Assembly: GCA_002938205.1 (NCBI GenBank)
Contig: PTKZ01000003.1
Span: forward strand, 23,667 to 87,666
Reading direction: 5' to 3'
Length of the DNA: 64,000 nt
DNA from: Alphaproteobacteria bacterium MarineAlpha5_Bin5
GTDB taxonomy: Bacteria; Pseudomonadota; Alphaproteobacteria; HIMB59; GCA-002718135
Made by a program: the position numbers and the translations under genes. The notes beneath the pieces are model-generated. The model was not told where the DNA came from. It made no database searches and saw only the letters and a program-made list of their open reading frames with translations. Positions within the stretch are counted from its first letter, which is position 1; each line of letters opens with the position of its first letter. Of the stretch, positions 9,829 through 20,067 are shown one piece after another.

Positions 9829-10177
9829 TATATTTGCTAAAATTTTACGTGGCGAAATTCCGTGTGATAAAATTTATGAAGATGATAATGTTTTGTTTTT
9901 TTATGATATTAACCCATTAGCAAAAGTACATGTTTTAGGCATACCCAAGGTTAAGTGTAAAGATTTTTCAGAATTTGTTAAAAAAACAAATCCAGAAAAA
10001 ATTACAAATTTTTTTAAAAAAACTGAGATGATAATAAATAGGTTAGAAATTGCAGATTCTGGTTATAGAATTATATCAAATTCAGGACATGATGGCGGAC
10101 AGGAAGTTCCACATTTTCATATCCACATTCTTGGAGGTGAAAAGATTACAAATTTTTTTAAATTGGATCTAAAATAA
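9812..10177 (+). CDS. HIT family (histidine triad) protein
   Basis: 121 aa. It has FAKILRGEIPC and the triad HFHIHILGG. It overlaps hisE by 17 nt. Confidence 0.88.
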   Translation: MYDENNIFAKILRGEIPCDKIYEDDNVLFFYDINPLAKVHVLGIPKVKCKDFSEFVKKTNPEKITNFFKKTEMIINRLEIADSGYRIISNSGHDGGQEVPHFHIHILGGEKITNFFKLDLK

Positions 10178-10182
10178 GAAAG

Positions 10183-10764
10183 CTACTTTTTTACTATTAC
10201 GTAATTAACAATCTCCTTAACACCTTTAATGGTTTTAATTGCACTTATAAGTTCCTCTAATTGTTTTGGTTTCTTTGTTATGCCAGCAATATAAATCTTA
10301 CCATGAATCGTTTCAAAATTGTATCCAACCGATCTTAATCCTAATGTTTTTGCTGCCACAGCCTTTGCCTGTGTATTAATCCAAACATCGTTTGCATATT
10401 CTTTTAAGGAGGCCCTGTCCCCAATTTGGACTTCATTAACAACTTCATTTACACCACCAACTTCCCAAACACGCCTAACAGCATCAATTCTAATCTCTTG
10501 ACTATCAACAATGCCAGTAAGTAAAACCCTGCCCTCAAGAACGGTTGTGTTTATGTTTACAAACAAATTATCTGAAGAATTAATAAATTTTGCTGCAATA
10601 TTTATTTTTATTGTTGCATCATCTACAACCTCTCCAATCGATCTATCACTTTCAGCAACGGCCATTGTGGTTGCCCCTCCACTAGCTAAAATATTTACTG
10701 GTGAACAACTATAAATATTAAGAATTAATAATCCTAAAACAAATGAGCAAAGTATGTTTTTCAT
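10183..10764 (-). CDS. Dual BON-domain lipoprotein (DolP/YraP-like)
   Basis: 193 aa with the lipobox LNIYSC and two BON-like repeats (...VLEGRVLLTG... and ...HGKIYIAG...). Its position next to rsmI mirrors the enterobacterial rsmI-lpoA...yraP neighbourhood. Confidence 0.7.
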   Translation of the reverse strand: MKNILCSFVLGLLILNIYSCSPVNILASGGATTMAVAESDRSIGEVVDDATIKINIAAKFINSSDNLFVNINTTVLEGRVLLTGIVDSQEIRIDAVRRVWEVGGVNEVVNEVQIGDRASLKEYANDVWINTQAKAVAAKTLGLRSVGYNFETIHGKIYIAGITKKPKQLEELISAIKTIKGVKEIVNYVIVKK

Positions 10765-11597
10765 TTTTTTAATTTTAAAGCTTTTTTATATATTTCTTTT
10801 TTAGCAATATAGCTGATTTTATGCACTATTTCTACGACGTCAGTCAAAGAAAATTTTTCTAACAATTTAACTATTTGTCCTTCAATTTCTTTGTTAAAAA
10901 TTTCTTTTGCCTTAGATTGCTTTGGAGATTTTTCAACAACAACCACAAACTCACCCATCTTACCTTTTTGTGTTTTTTCTATTTTTTGCAAAACTTCAAC
11001 AGGCAAACCAATAAAAGTGTTTTCATTAATTTTTGTAATTTCCTTGCAAACTGCAATCTTTCTATTTTTTAAAATATCTATAGCTGTCTTTATACATTTT
11101 TCTATCCTGTGACTGGATACGAAAAAAACAGATGTTGTTTTAGAATTTGAGACTTTGATCAAAAATTCATTTAATGATTTGGTTGTTTTAGGAGCAAAGC
11201 CTAAGAACTGAAATTCATTAAAAGGTATTGTTGATAATTGTAGAGCAGGTAATAATGCACTTGGACCAGGAACGGCAGTTACAAACATTTTATTTTCTAT
11301 GCAATGCTTAACCAATTTATAGCCAGGGTCTGAGAGTAGTGGTGATCCAGCATCAGAAATGAGTATAACTATCTGCTTATTTACTAAATTTTTTATACGC
11401 TGAATTATTTTATCCTCATTATAATCATGTAATGAAATTAATTTCTTTTTGATGCCAAATTTTGATAGTAGTTTAGTAGAATGTTTTGGGTTTTCACATA
11501 TTATAATATCTGCCCTGTTTAATGATTCATTGGCACGAAAACTAATGTCATTTAAATTTCCTATCGGGGTTGCAACTATATATAAACCATTCTTCAT
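10761..11597 (-). CDS. rsmI: 16S rRNA (cytidine1402-2'-O)-methyltransferase
   Basis: 278 aa. The N-terminus LYIVATPIGNLNDISFRA is the RsmI signature. Confidence 0.9.
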   Translation of the reverse strand: MKNGLYIVATPIGNLNDISFRANESLNRADIIICENPKHSTKLLSKFGIKKKLISLHDYNEDKIIQRIKNLVNKQIVILISDAGSPLLSDPGYKLVKHCIENKMFVTAVPGPSALLPALQLSTIPFNEFQFLGFAPKTTKSLNEFLIKVSNSKTTSVFFVSSHRIEKCIKTAIDILKNRKIAVCKEITKINENTFIGLPVEVLQKIEKTQKGKMGEFVVVVEKSPKQSKAKEIFNKEIEGQIVKLLEKFSLTDVVEIVHKISYIAKKEIYKKALKLKK

Positions 11598-12885
11598 AAT
11601 TTTTTTTTTATATCTTTGTATCTTTTTATATTCGTGTTCTCCAGCAAATTTTCCAACTTCTACTCAATCAAAAGTAGCGCTAGAAGAAAGTAAAAAAGAA
11701 AATATTATTAAAAATGAAAGCTCAAACACTGATACAGTTAAAAAAGAAATAATAACCAAAAAAAATAATTTTGTACAAGAAAAATTTTTAAAATCAAAAA
11801 TACAAAAGAATGTTACTTTTATTGCATCTACCAATGAAAATAAAAATATTTTAGAACAATTTGTTAATGTAATAGAGCTAGCTGTTTATAAGAAAAATTT
11901 TAGTAATTTACAGTTTGAAATAAAGTACTATAATAATGGCACTGAATTAAAGACTTTTTTGGACGAAACAAACAAATCTGGAAAAATTTTTATAGGACCT
12001 CTTAATTCTGAAGATACTAAAATAGTAAATAGTTTTTGTGACGAAGGAGCAATTTTTTTTTCTTTTTCATCCCAAAAAAAGCTAGCCAATAAATGTACAT
12101 ATTTGGTAAATTTTTTTCCAGAAAATGAAATTAGGGAAATCTTTGATTTTTTACCCAACAATTCAAAAGTAGCTATTTTATATCCTGAAAATAATTATGG
12201 GTATTCTATAAATAGCATTATAGATGAAATAGCAGAACAAAGTAAATCTGTTATTGTTAACAGAGCATCTTACAAAGACGATATGAGCGATGTTCGTGAA
12301 GCAATAAAAGAACTTGGAAAATATGAATTAAGAAAATATGAACTTAATAGGCAAAAAAAAATATTAGCCACAAAAAAAGATGCACAATCAAAACAGAGGT
12401 TAAAAAAATTAGAAAAATTTAAAACAACAAAAGATCTTGATTTTACTCATGTTATAATAGCAGATTATGGAATTAGATTACTGCAAGTTGCACCACTTCT
12501 TCCATATTATGACATAGATCCAAACATAGTAAAGTTTGTTGGAACAGGCGCTTGGGATGACCCGGCTTTTTTTGATGAACCATCTCTTCAAGGTTCAATT
12601 TTTCCAGGAATAGAGCAAGAGAAAAGAAAAGATCTTTTAGAAAGTTATATGAATATTTATGATAAAAATCTTCTTCGTATATCAACCCTGCCCTATGATT
12701 TAATAGGTTTAATTTCATATTCGTTAAATGAAAACTTAAGTTTTTTTGATTTTTATACCTTATTAAATAGTAAAAATTCAAGATTTAGTGGAATTGATGG
12801 AGGCTTTTATTTTAAAGAAAATATAATTGAAAGAGATTTAGATATTTTAGAAATTTCAAATGGTTTTGCAAAAAAAATTAATTAA
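11545..12885 (+). CDS. LpoA/LppC-like periplasmic-binding-fold lipoprotein
   Basis: ORF 11449..12885. I prefer the ATG at 11545, giving MSFKFPIGVATIYKPFFIIFFLYLCIFLYSC (signal peptide plus Cys). The body resembles the LppC/LpoA type I periplasmic binding fold. The gene is divergent from rsmI, as in E. coli. The start is uncertain. Confidence 0.55.
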   Translation: MSFKFPIGVATIYKPFFIIFFLYLCIFLYSCSPANFPTSTQSKVALEESKKENIIKNESSNTDTVKKEIITKKNNFVQEKFLKSKIQKNVTFIASTNENKNILEQFVNVIELAVYKKNFSNLQFEIKYYNNGTELKTFLDETNKSGKIFIGPLNSEDTKIVNSFCDEGAIFFSFSSQKKLANKCTYLVNFFPENEIREIFDFLPNNSKVAILYPENNYGYSINSIIDEIAEQSKSVIVNRASYKDDMSDVREAIKELGKYELRKYELNRQKKILATKKDAQSKQRLKKLEKFKTTKDLDFTHVIIADYGIRLLQVAPLLPYYDIDPNIVKFVGTGAWDDPAFFDEPSLQGSIFPGIEQEKRKDLLESYMNIYDKNLLRISTLPYDLIGLISYSLNENLSFFDFYTLLNSKNSRFSGIDGGFYFKENIIERDLDILEISNGFAKKIN

Positions 12886-13459
12886 TTAAAAAAGATTCCA
12901 TTTTTTTTATTGCAATCATTCTATGACTAAGTAAATTTTTTTTTTGGTTACTCATTTCTGCAAAAGTTTTACTAAAGCCAGAGGGAATAAATATAGGATC
13001 ATATCCAAAACCATTCGAGCCTTTTGGTTTATCTGAAATTGTTCCACTTATTTTACCAACAAAAAAAATATGTTGATTTATATTTAGTGACATACATATG
13101 GTTGTATTAAAAAATGCCCTGTTATCATTTTTTTTTATAGTAGCAGAAATAATGTATTTAAAAGCTTCATTTTTTGTTTTAAAACTTCTTAAAAATCTTT
13201 TGGAATATATTCCTGGCTTGTTTCTTAATGCATTAACACAAATACCTGAATCGTCAGCAAAACAGGGAATGTTAAATATTTTGAATCCAAAAAGAGATTT
13301 AATTTTTGCATTTTCAGCAAATGTTTTACCATTTTCTTTTGGTTCTTTTATTTTTTTTAATTCTTTTAAGCTGTTAATTTTTAGAAAACTGTTATTAAAA
13401 ATTTGCTTTACCTCTGCAATTTTTTTTTGATTATGAGAAAAAAATAATAAAGATTTCAA
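12878..13459 (-). CDS. rdgB: dITP/XTP pyrophosphatase (RdgB/Ham1)
   Basis: 193 aa. It has FADDSGICVNAL..PGIYS and GFGYDPIF, and lies downstream of rph. Confidence 0.88.
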   Translation of the reverse strand: MKSLLFFSHNQKKIAEVKQIFNNSFLKINSLKELKKIKEPKENGKTFAENAKIKSLFGFKIFNIPCFADDSGICVNALRNKPGIYSKRFLRSFKTKNEAFKYIISATIKKNDNRAFFNTTICMSLNINQHIFFVGKISGTISDKPKGSNGFGYDPIFIPSGFSKTFAEMSNQKKNLLSHRMIAIKKMESFLIN

Positions 13460-14172
13460 TTTAGATCCAATACTTTTTTTTGTTTATTTATAATTTGCTT
13501 AACTCCTTTTATTGCCAATTTAAACAACTCATCATACTGTTCTTGACTAAAAAAATACTCTTCTCCGGTTACTTGTATTTCAGCGATTTTACCGCTATCA
13601 CAAATAACAAAATTGGCATCAACATTAGCAGAAGAATCCTCTTCATAATTAAGATCTAAATGTGGTTTGTCATTTATTATACCCGCAGAAACCGCCCCAA
13701 TAAAATCTTTTATTATAGGTTTATTTATATTGAAATTATCTTTTAATTTTTTAACAGCTAGATACAGCGCTACAAATCCTCCACTTATAGAAGCAGTTCT
13801 TGTGCCCCCATCAGCTTGAATAACATCACAATCAATTTTTATTTGTCTTTCACCAAGATCTTCAAGGCTTGTTATGGATCTCAGGCTTCTACCAATAAGT
13901 CTTTGAATTTCTTGTGTTCTACCAGTTTGTTTCCCTTTCGTGGCCTCCCTATCAATTCTTGTATTGGTTGATCGTGGCAACATACCGTATTCGGCAGTTA
14001 CCCATCCTTTACCCGAGTTTTTTAACCAATGTGGGGTTTTTTCATCTATTGATGCAGTGCATATAACCTGAGTTTTGCCAAATTTTACTAAACACGATCC
14101 TTCAGCATGTAAGTTAACATCTTTTTCAAATAAAATTTCACGCATATCATGAAATGATCTATCTTTTCTCAT
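13456..14172 (-). CDS. rph: Ribonuclease PH
   Basis: 238 aa with GSCLVKFGKTQVICTAS, GRTQEIQRLIGRSLR and DCDVIQADGGTRTASI. Confidence 0.96.
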   Translation of the reverse strand: MRKDRSFHDMREILFEKDVNLHAEGSCLVKFGKTQVICTASIDEKTPHWLKNSGKGWVTAEYGMLPRSTNTRIDREATKGKQTGRTQEIQRLIGRSLRSITSLEDLGERQIKIDCDVIQADGGTRTASISGGFVALYLAVKKLKDNFNINKPIIKDFIGAVSAGIINDKPHLDLNYEEDSSANVDANFVICDSGKIAEIQVTGEEYFFSQEQYDELFKLAIKGVKQIINKQKKVLDLN

Positions 14173-14223
14173 TTAAATTAAATAATAATTGAAAAATATA
14201 TTTAGTACACCAATATATTTACC

Positions 14224-15270
14224 ATGTTAGAGAATTTGTATGCAGAATTGAATGATCGCTCTAAACTTGTTTTTAAAAGTGTTGTGGAAACCTACCTTAA
14301 AACAGGCTCACCCTCTGGATCAGAAACTATTCTTAGAAGAGCTGGACTAAATTTATCTTCTTCTTCAATAAGAGCTATTCTATCCAATTTACAAAAAGAA
14401 GGACTTCTTTATGCGCCACACATCTCTGCGGGGCGGATGCCCACAGATAAGGGTATGCGTTTTTTTGTTAATGGACTTCTTGAATTTGGACGTATTTCAA
14501 ATGCAGAAAAAGAGAGAATCAAACAACAATGTTATGCTAAAGAAAAATCATATCAGGAAGTGCTTGACGAAGCATCAAAAGTTATATCTGGTTTATCAAA
14601 TTATGCTGGCATTGTTATAGCACCAAAATTTCAAAAAAAACTAAAGCACCTTGATTTCATTAGGCTAAATAAAAATCAAATAATGTCAATTTTAGCGTAT
14701 GAAAACGGTGAAGTTGAAAATAGAATAATCGAGGACAGGGGTAAGTACAACTCTTCTGAACTCTTACAAACATCAAATTACTTAAGCTCAAAATTTCAAA
14801 ATAAAAATATTACACAAATTAAAAAAATGATTGAAGGTGAAATTGTAAGTTCTAAAACAAGCTTGGAAATTATTTCTTCAAAGTTAGTTAAAAAAGGTGT
14901 GTTGGAAATTAAGCCAAATTTGAAAAATCCATACATTTTTTTACACGGACAATCTAATTTATTAAATAATGAGACAATTTCCAAAGACCTAGATCAAATT
15001 CGTGATTTGTTTGATGAAATAGAAAAGAAAACTAAATTTGTTGAAATTTTAGAAAATGCAGGAAAAGCAAAAGGAGTACAAATTTTTATAGGTTCTAAAA
15101 ATTTTTTATTTAAACACTCGGGACTTTCTATGGTAATGGCACCATATAAAAATAAAGCACAGGAAATAGTCGGTACAATTGGCGTGGTTGGTCCAACAAG
15201 ACTTAACTATGCTAAAATTGTACCTCTTGTTGATTATACATCAAGGATTATTGGAAAGGTTATAGATTGA
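14224..15270 (+). CDS. hrcA: Heat-inducible transcription repressor HrcA
   Basis: 348 aa. It has an N-terminal winged helix (LNDRSKLVFKSVVETYLKTG.P.GS) and lies upstream of grpE, a conserved arrangement. Confidence 0.9.
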   Translation: MLENLYAELNDRSKLVFKSVVETYLKTGSPSGSETILRRAGLNLSSSSIRAILSNLQKEGLLYAPHISAGRMPTDKGMRFFVNGLLEFGRISNAEKERIKQQCYAKEKSYQEVLDEASKVISGLSNYAGIVIAPKFQKKLKHLDFIRLNKNQIMSILAYENGEVENRIIEDRGKYNSSELLQTSNYLSSKFQNKNITQIKKMIEGEIVSSKTSLEIISSKLVKKGVLEIKPNLKNPYIFLHGQSNLLNNETISKDLDQIRDLFDEIEKKTKFVEILENAGKAKGVQIFIGSKNFLFKHSGLSMVMAPYKNKAQEIVGTIGVVGPTRLNYAKIVPLVDYTSRIIGKVID

Positions 15271-15971
15271 TGAATTATAAAAAAGAAAATTCTAAAAATA
15301 AAGATAAGAAAGAAAACAAGAAAATTGAAGATGATGTAATTCAAAAATCAAATAATGAAAGTGACACAAACGAGGATGAAAAAAATAATCAAAAAAATAA
15401 TGAAGGCAAAGAATTAATAGAAGAAAAAATCAAGGAAAAAGAAGACGAGCTTTTAGAAGAAATAGCCTCGCTAAAAGAAGAAAAAATAAGACTCTTAGCT
15501 GAGATGGAAAATATTAGAAAAAGGTTTGAAAGAGAAAAAATTGAATCAATTAAATTTGGTAGCATTAATTTAGCCAGAGACATTTTATCTCCAGGAGACA
15601 ATATAGAAAGAGCCCTTTCTGCTATACCTGATGATATTGAACATTCAGATTCAATAAAGAATCTAATAGATGGTTTAAATATCGTTCAGAAAGAATTTTC
15701 AACTATACTAGAAAAAAACGGTATTAAGAGGATAGAATCATTAGATAAAAAATTTGATCCTACCCTTCATCAGGCAATGATGGAAATTGAAAAAGAAGAT
15801 ATTGAAGAAGGAACTGTGGTTCAAGAAATTCAGGCAGGCTATACAATGCATGAGCGTTTATTAAGACCGGCAATGGTTGGAGTATCTAAAAAATCACTCT
15901 CTAAAAATTCTAATGCAACTGAAGTCGAAGAAATGACCAATGAAAAAGCCAAGCAAAATAAGGATAAATAA
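15267..15971 (+). CDS. grpE: Nucleotide exchange factor GrpE
   Basis: 234 aa. A K/E/N-rich N-terminal extension is followed by RLLAEMENIRKR...FDPTLHQAM.... Confidence 0.93.
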   Translation: MMNYKKENSKNKDKKENKKIEDDVIQKSNNESDTNEDEKNNQKNNEGKELIEEKIKEKEDELLEEIASLKEEKIRLLAEMENIRKRFEREKIESIKFGSINLARDILSPGDNIERALSAIPDDIEHSDSIKNLIDGLNIVQKEFSTILEKNGIKRIESLDKKFDPTLHQAMMEIEKEDIEEGTVVQEIQAGYTMHERLLRPAMVGVSKKSLSKNSNATEVEEMTNEKAKQNKDK

Positions 15972-16000
15972 TTAATATAACAATAAATTATCTAGGCCTT

Positions 16001-16028
16001 CTTGTAATTTCTAACACATTTCCCATAT
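16001..16028 (+). promoter_or_regulatory. Sigma-32-type promoter upstream of dnaK
   Basis: The sequence is CTTG-N17-CCCATAT, matching the alphaproteobacterial RpoH pattern CTTG-N17/18-CYTATNT and the E. coli CCCCATNT -10 element. It lies 57 nt upstream of the dnaK ATG. Confidence 0.6.
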
Positions 16029-16085
16029 TCTAAATAGCCTCTTATACATGGCTAAATAACTACAATTTTATAGGACGGATATTTT

Positions 16086-18005
16086 ATGGCAAAAGTAATT
16101 GGAATAGATTTGGGCACAACAAATTCATGTGTTGCTGTTATGGAGGGAAAGGAAGCTAAGGTTATTGAAAACTCTGAAGGTGGAAGAACCACCCCTTCTA
16201 TGGTAGCTTTTACAGAAACAAAAGAAAAACTTGTTGGGCAATCAGCAAAAAGACAGGCTGTAACAAACCCAGAGAATACCCTATTTGCTATTAAAAGATT
16301 AATTGGAAGAAATTTTACAGACCCAATAGTAAAAGGTGATAGTAGTCTTGTTCCATATAAAATTATTAAGGGCGATAATGGTGACGCATGGGTTGAATCA
16401 CGTGGTGAAAAATATAGTCCTAGTCAAATAAGCGCTTTTGTTTTACAAAAAATGAAAGAGACAGCAGAAAGTTATTTAGGTGAGGCAGTTAGTCAGGCAG
16501 TTATAACTGTGCCAGCATATTTCAATGATGCGCAAAGACAGGCAACAAAAGATGCTGGAAAAATTGCAGGATTAGAAGTTTTAAGAATAATTAATGAACC
16601 AACAGCAGCCGCTTTAGCCTATGGCTTAGACAAGAAGAAATCAGGAACGGTTGCAGTTTACGATTTAGGCGGAGGGACTTTTGATATATCTATTTTAGAA
16701 ATTGGCGATGGAGTATTTGAAGTTAAATCTACTAATGGAGATACTCATTTAGGAGGAGAAGACTTTGACTTGCAAATTATTGATTACCTTGCTGATGAGT
16801 TTAAAAAAGACAATGGGATAGATTTACGTAAAGATAAACTTGCCTTACAAAGATTAAAAGAAGCTGCAGAAAAAGCAAAAATAGAATTATCAAGTTCCAC
16901 AGAAACAGAAGTTAATTTACCATTTATTACCGCTGATCAATCAGGCCCAAAACACCTAACTATTAAATTGTCTAGGGCTAAATTAGAGGCAATTATTGGC
17001 GATCTGTTAAATAAAAGTTTAAAGCCATGTGAACTTGCCCTTAAGGATGCGGGATTGCAGGCTGCCGATATTGATGATGTTATTTTGGTTGGTGGTATGA
17101 CAAGAATGCCAAAAGTTTCAGAATTAGTTAAGAATTTTTTTGGAAAAGATACAAATAAAGGAGTTAATCCAGATGAGGTAGTTGCTTCAGGAGCGGCTAT
17201 TCAAGGTGGTGTATTGCAAGGAGATGTTAAAGACGTATTATTGCTTGATGTAACGCCTCTTTCCCTTGGCATTGAAACATTAGGAGGTGTTTTTACTAGA
17301 CTAATAGATAAAAATACAACAATCCCAACCAAAAAAAGCCAAGTTTTTTCTACCGCAGAAGATAATCAAAGCGCTGTTACAATAAGAGTTTTCCAGGGCG
17401 AAAGAGAAATGGCGGCTGACAATAAATTATTAGGACAATTTGATCTTGTTGGGATCCCTCCTGCAGCAAGAGGCATGCCTCAAATTGAAGTAACATTTGA
17501 TATTGATGCTAATGGCATTGTTAATGTTTCTGCCAAAGATAAGGCGACTGGGAAAGAACAACAAATCCGCATTCAGGCCTCTGGAGGTTTATCAGATGAA
17601 GATATTGAAAAAATGGTTAAAGAAGCTGAAGAAAATGCAGAAGCAGATAAGAAAAAAAGAGAAGCTGTTGATAGTAGAAACCACGCTGACAGCTTAATTA
17701 ACGAAACAGAAAAAAACTTAAAAGAACACGGTGATAAAATACCTGAAGAAGATAAAAATAAAATTACTGCTGACATAGAAGAGCTTAAAAAAGTTAAAGA
17801 CGGAGATGATATTGAGGCAATTAAGTCTAAAACAGAAGCACTGGTTCAATCATCATTAAAACTTGGTGAAGCTATTTATAAACAAAATCCACAAGCTGGC
17901 GCGGAACAACCTAATCCATCTGGTGAAGAACCCTCTTCTGACAAAAAAGATGAAAAAGTTGTTGATGCTGAATTTGAAGAAGTGGATGAAAATAAAAAAG
18001 ATTAA
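16086..18005 (+). CDS. dnaK: Chaperone DnaK (Hsp70)
   Basis: 639 aa. [21 protein letters not shown] and other Hsp70 signatures are present. Confidence 0.99.
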   Translation: MAKVIGIDLGTTNSCVAVMEGKEAKVIENSEGGRTTPSMVAFTETKEKLVGQSAKRQAVTNPENTLFAIKRLIGRNFTDPIVKGDSSLVPYKIIKGDNGDAWVESRGEKYSPSQISAFVLQKMKETAESYLGEAVSQAVITVPAYFNDAQRQATKDAGKIAGLEVLRIINEPTAAALAYGLDKKKSGTVAVYDLGGGTFDISILEIGDGVFEVKSTNGDTHLGGEDFDLQIIDYLADEFKKDNGIDLRKDKLALQRLKEAAEKAKIELSSSTETEVNLPFITADQSGPKHLTIKLSRAKLEAIIGDLLNKSLKPCELALKDAGLQAADIDDVILVGGMTRMPKVSELVKNFFGKDTNKGVNPDEVVASGAAIQGGVLQGDVKDVLLLDVTPLSLGIETLGGVFTRLIDKNTTIPTKKSQVFSTAEDNQSAVTIRVFQGEREMAADNKLLGQFDLVGIPPAARGMPQIEVTFDIDANGIVNVSAKDKATGKEQQIRIQASGGLSDEDIEKMVKEAEENAEADKKKREAVDSRNHADSLINETEKNLKEHGDKIPEEDKNKITADIEELKKVKDGDDIEAIKSKTEALVQSSLKLGEAIYKQNPQAGAEQPNPSGEEPSSDKKDEKVVDAEFEEVDENKKD

Positions 18006-18037
18006 CTATTTTTAATATTTTCCTATAAGGAGTTTTC

Positions 18038-19168
18038 ATGGCAGATAGGGATTTCTATGAGATACTCGGTGTTAAAAAAAATGCAAGTGATGATGAAATA
18101 AAAAAATCCTATCGTAAATTAGCGATGAAATATCATCCTGATAGAAATAAGGATGATAAAACAGCTGAAAGAAAATTTAAAGAAGCAACTGCTGCTTATG
18201 AAGCCCTAAAAGATCCTCAAAAAAGAGCAGCTTATGATCAATATGGCCACGATGCATTTCGACAAGGTGGAATGGGAGGAGCGCAAGGTTTTGGTGATTT
18301 TGCTGGGGGCTTTTCAGATATTTTTGAAGAATTTTTTGGTGGAGGTTTCGGCTCATCATCACGTCAACGCGGACCACAAAGAGGAAGTGATCTTCGTTAT
18401 AATATGTCAATATCTTTAAAAGAAGCTTTTAATGGAAAAAAATCTCAAATAAGAATTCCTAGTTATATTGGTTGTGATCTTTGTGCAGCAACAGGAAGTG
18501 CCGATAAATCAGGTCCAAGTACTTGCTCTACATGCGGAGGAAATGGCAAGGTTCGATCAACCCAAGGTTTTTTTTCTATAGAAAGACCATGCCCAACTTG
18601 TGGTGGAGAGGGTTCATCTATTAAAAATCCGTGCCTTAAATGTAGTGGCACTGGACAAGTAAAAAAACAAAAAACCATTTCAGTTACAATACCCGCTGGT
18701 GTTGATACAGGTACACGAATTCGTATATCAGGTGAAGGTGAGCCCGGACAAAGAGGAGCTGGAAATGGAGATTTATATATTTTTGTAGAAGTTCAAAAAG
18801 ATAATTTATTTGAACGAGAAGAAGAAAACATCTTTTGCCAAATACCCATCTCTATAACTACTGCTATTTTAGGAGGCGAAGTTGACGTTCCAACAATAGA
18901 TGGGAAAAAAGCTCGCTTAAATATTCCATCCGGGACACAACCAGAAACGCAGTTTCGATTAAAAAATAAAGGAATGAGCATTCTTCGTCAAAGCAGAAGA
19001 GGAGACATGTATGTTGAGGCCAATGTTGAAATACCTGTCAACTTAAACAGTAAACAAAAAGCTATATTAAAAGAGTTTGAAAAAGAAGGAGGCACTTCTA
19101 AAAAACACAGCCCCAAATCTCAAAGCTTTTTCTCAAAATTAAAAGAAGTTTGGGAAGATTTAACTTAA
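18038..19168 (+). CDS. dnaJ: Chaperone DnaJ
   Basis: 376 aa with a J domain (YHPDRN), a G/F region and four CxxCxGxG repeats. Confidence 0.98.
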   Translation: MADRDFYEILGVKKNASDDEIKKSYRKLAMKYHPDRNKDDKTAERKFKEATAAYEALKDPQKRAAYDQYGHDAFRQGGMGGAQGFGDFAGGFSDIFEEFFGGGFGSSSRQRGPQRGSDLRYNMSISLKEAFNGKKSQIRIPSYIGCDLCAATGSADKSGPSTCSTCGGNGKVRSTQGFFSIERPCPTCGGEGSSIKNPCLKCSGTGQVKKQKTISVTIPAGVDTGTRIRISGEGEPGQRGAGNGDLYIFVEVQKDNLFEREEENIFCQIPISITTAILGGEVDVPTIDGKKARLNIPSGTQPETQFRLKNKGMSILRQSRRGDMYVEANVEIPVNLNSKQKAILKEFEKEGGTSKKHSPKSQSFFSKLKEVWEDLT

Positions 19169-19207
19169 TTACTTTTCAATTAAGTTTCACCAAAGTATAA
19201 GTGCTTT

Positions 19208-20020
19208 ATGTCCAAAATAAAAATAGCTGTTGCAGGTTGCCTTGGTCGTATGGGTCAAGAAATAACAAAACAAATTTTGAATAATGTCAATTTAGTTTTT
19301 GTTGGCGGTTTTGAACATAAGGCACATCCTCAAAAAAATAAAAGCTTAAAAGAAGCCGCTAATATCAATTCATCAATAAATGTTGCGGATAATCCCATAC
19401 AATCAATTAAGGCAGCTGATGTTTTGATTGATTTTACAACACCTATCTCAACTTTAACAAATGTTAAAATTGCCACATCCAATAAAACAGCCGTAGTTAT
19501 CGGCACAACCGGAATGACCGAAAGTCAAAAAAAGATAGTAAAAAATCTTTCAAAAAAAATACCCATATTAATGGCTTCAAATATGAGCCTTGGAGTAAAT
19601 CTACTTTTTAGTTTAGTTCAGCAAACTGCCTCTGTTTTAAAAGGTGAGGAATATGATATTGAAATAGCAGAAACTCATCACAAACATAAGAAAGATGCTC
19701 CTTCAGGAACAGCTATATCATTAGGTGACTGTGCTTCTATAGGAAGAAAAACTAAACTAAAAAAAGTAAAAGTTTTTGATAGAACCAAAAAAACTGCAGT
19801 TAGAAAAAAAGGCGAAATTGGTTTTTCTGTTACTAGAGGTGGGGAAATAGCGGGAGAGCACACTGTTAGTTTTATTGGTAAAAATGATAGATTAGATCTA
19901 GTTCATAAAGCAAACAATAGATCTATTTTCGTAAATGGCGCAATACAAGGTGCTATTTTTATATCAAAAAAGAAAAAAGGTTTATTTAATATGCAGGATA
20001 TGCTCAATAAAATTAAATAA
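19208..20020 (+). CDS. dapB: 4-hydroxy-tetrahydrodipicolinate reductase
   Basis: 270 aa with IAVAGCLGRMG and ETHHKHKKDAPSGTA. Confidence 0.93.
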   Translation: MSKIKIAVAGCLGRMGQEITKQILNNVNLVFVGGFEHKAHPQKNKSLKEAANINSSINVADNPIQSIKAADVLIDFTTPISTLTNVKIATSNKTAVVIGTTGMTESQKKIVKNLSKKIPILMASNMSLGVNLLFSLVQQTASVLKGEEYDIEIAETHHKHKKDAPSGTAISLGDCASIGRKTKLKKVKVFDRTKKTAVRKKGEIGFSVTRGGEIAGEHTVSFIGKNDRLDLVHKANNRSIFVNGAIQGAIFISKKKKGLFNMQDMLNKIK

Positions 20021-20067
20021 ACTTACATATTTGTTTATTAAGAAATTATACTGAGGGTGAAACAAAT

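Noticed and set aside
11449-11544. An upstream extension of the LpoA-like ORF (MMPNFDSSLVECFG...) as listed in the ORF track.
   Set aside because: This part is antisense to the well-conserved N-terminal region of rsmI and has no signal-peptide character. The ATG at 11545 gives a proper lipoprotein signal.
14188-14216. A sigma-32-like ATTG-N18-CCAATAT upstream of hrcA.
   Set aside because: The -35 element is imperfect, and the -10 element ends only 7 nt before the ATG, which would force a leaderless transcript. I also did not see a CIRCE inverted repeat (TTAGCACTC-N9-GAGTGCTAA) there. The match is too weak to call.
19170-19207. A CIRCE-like half-site (AAGTGCTTT) between dnaJ and dapB.
   Set aside because: Only one arm is partly similar, and the required 9-nt-spaced partner matches at about 5 of 9 positions.
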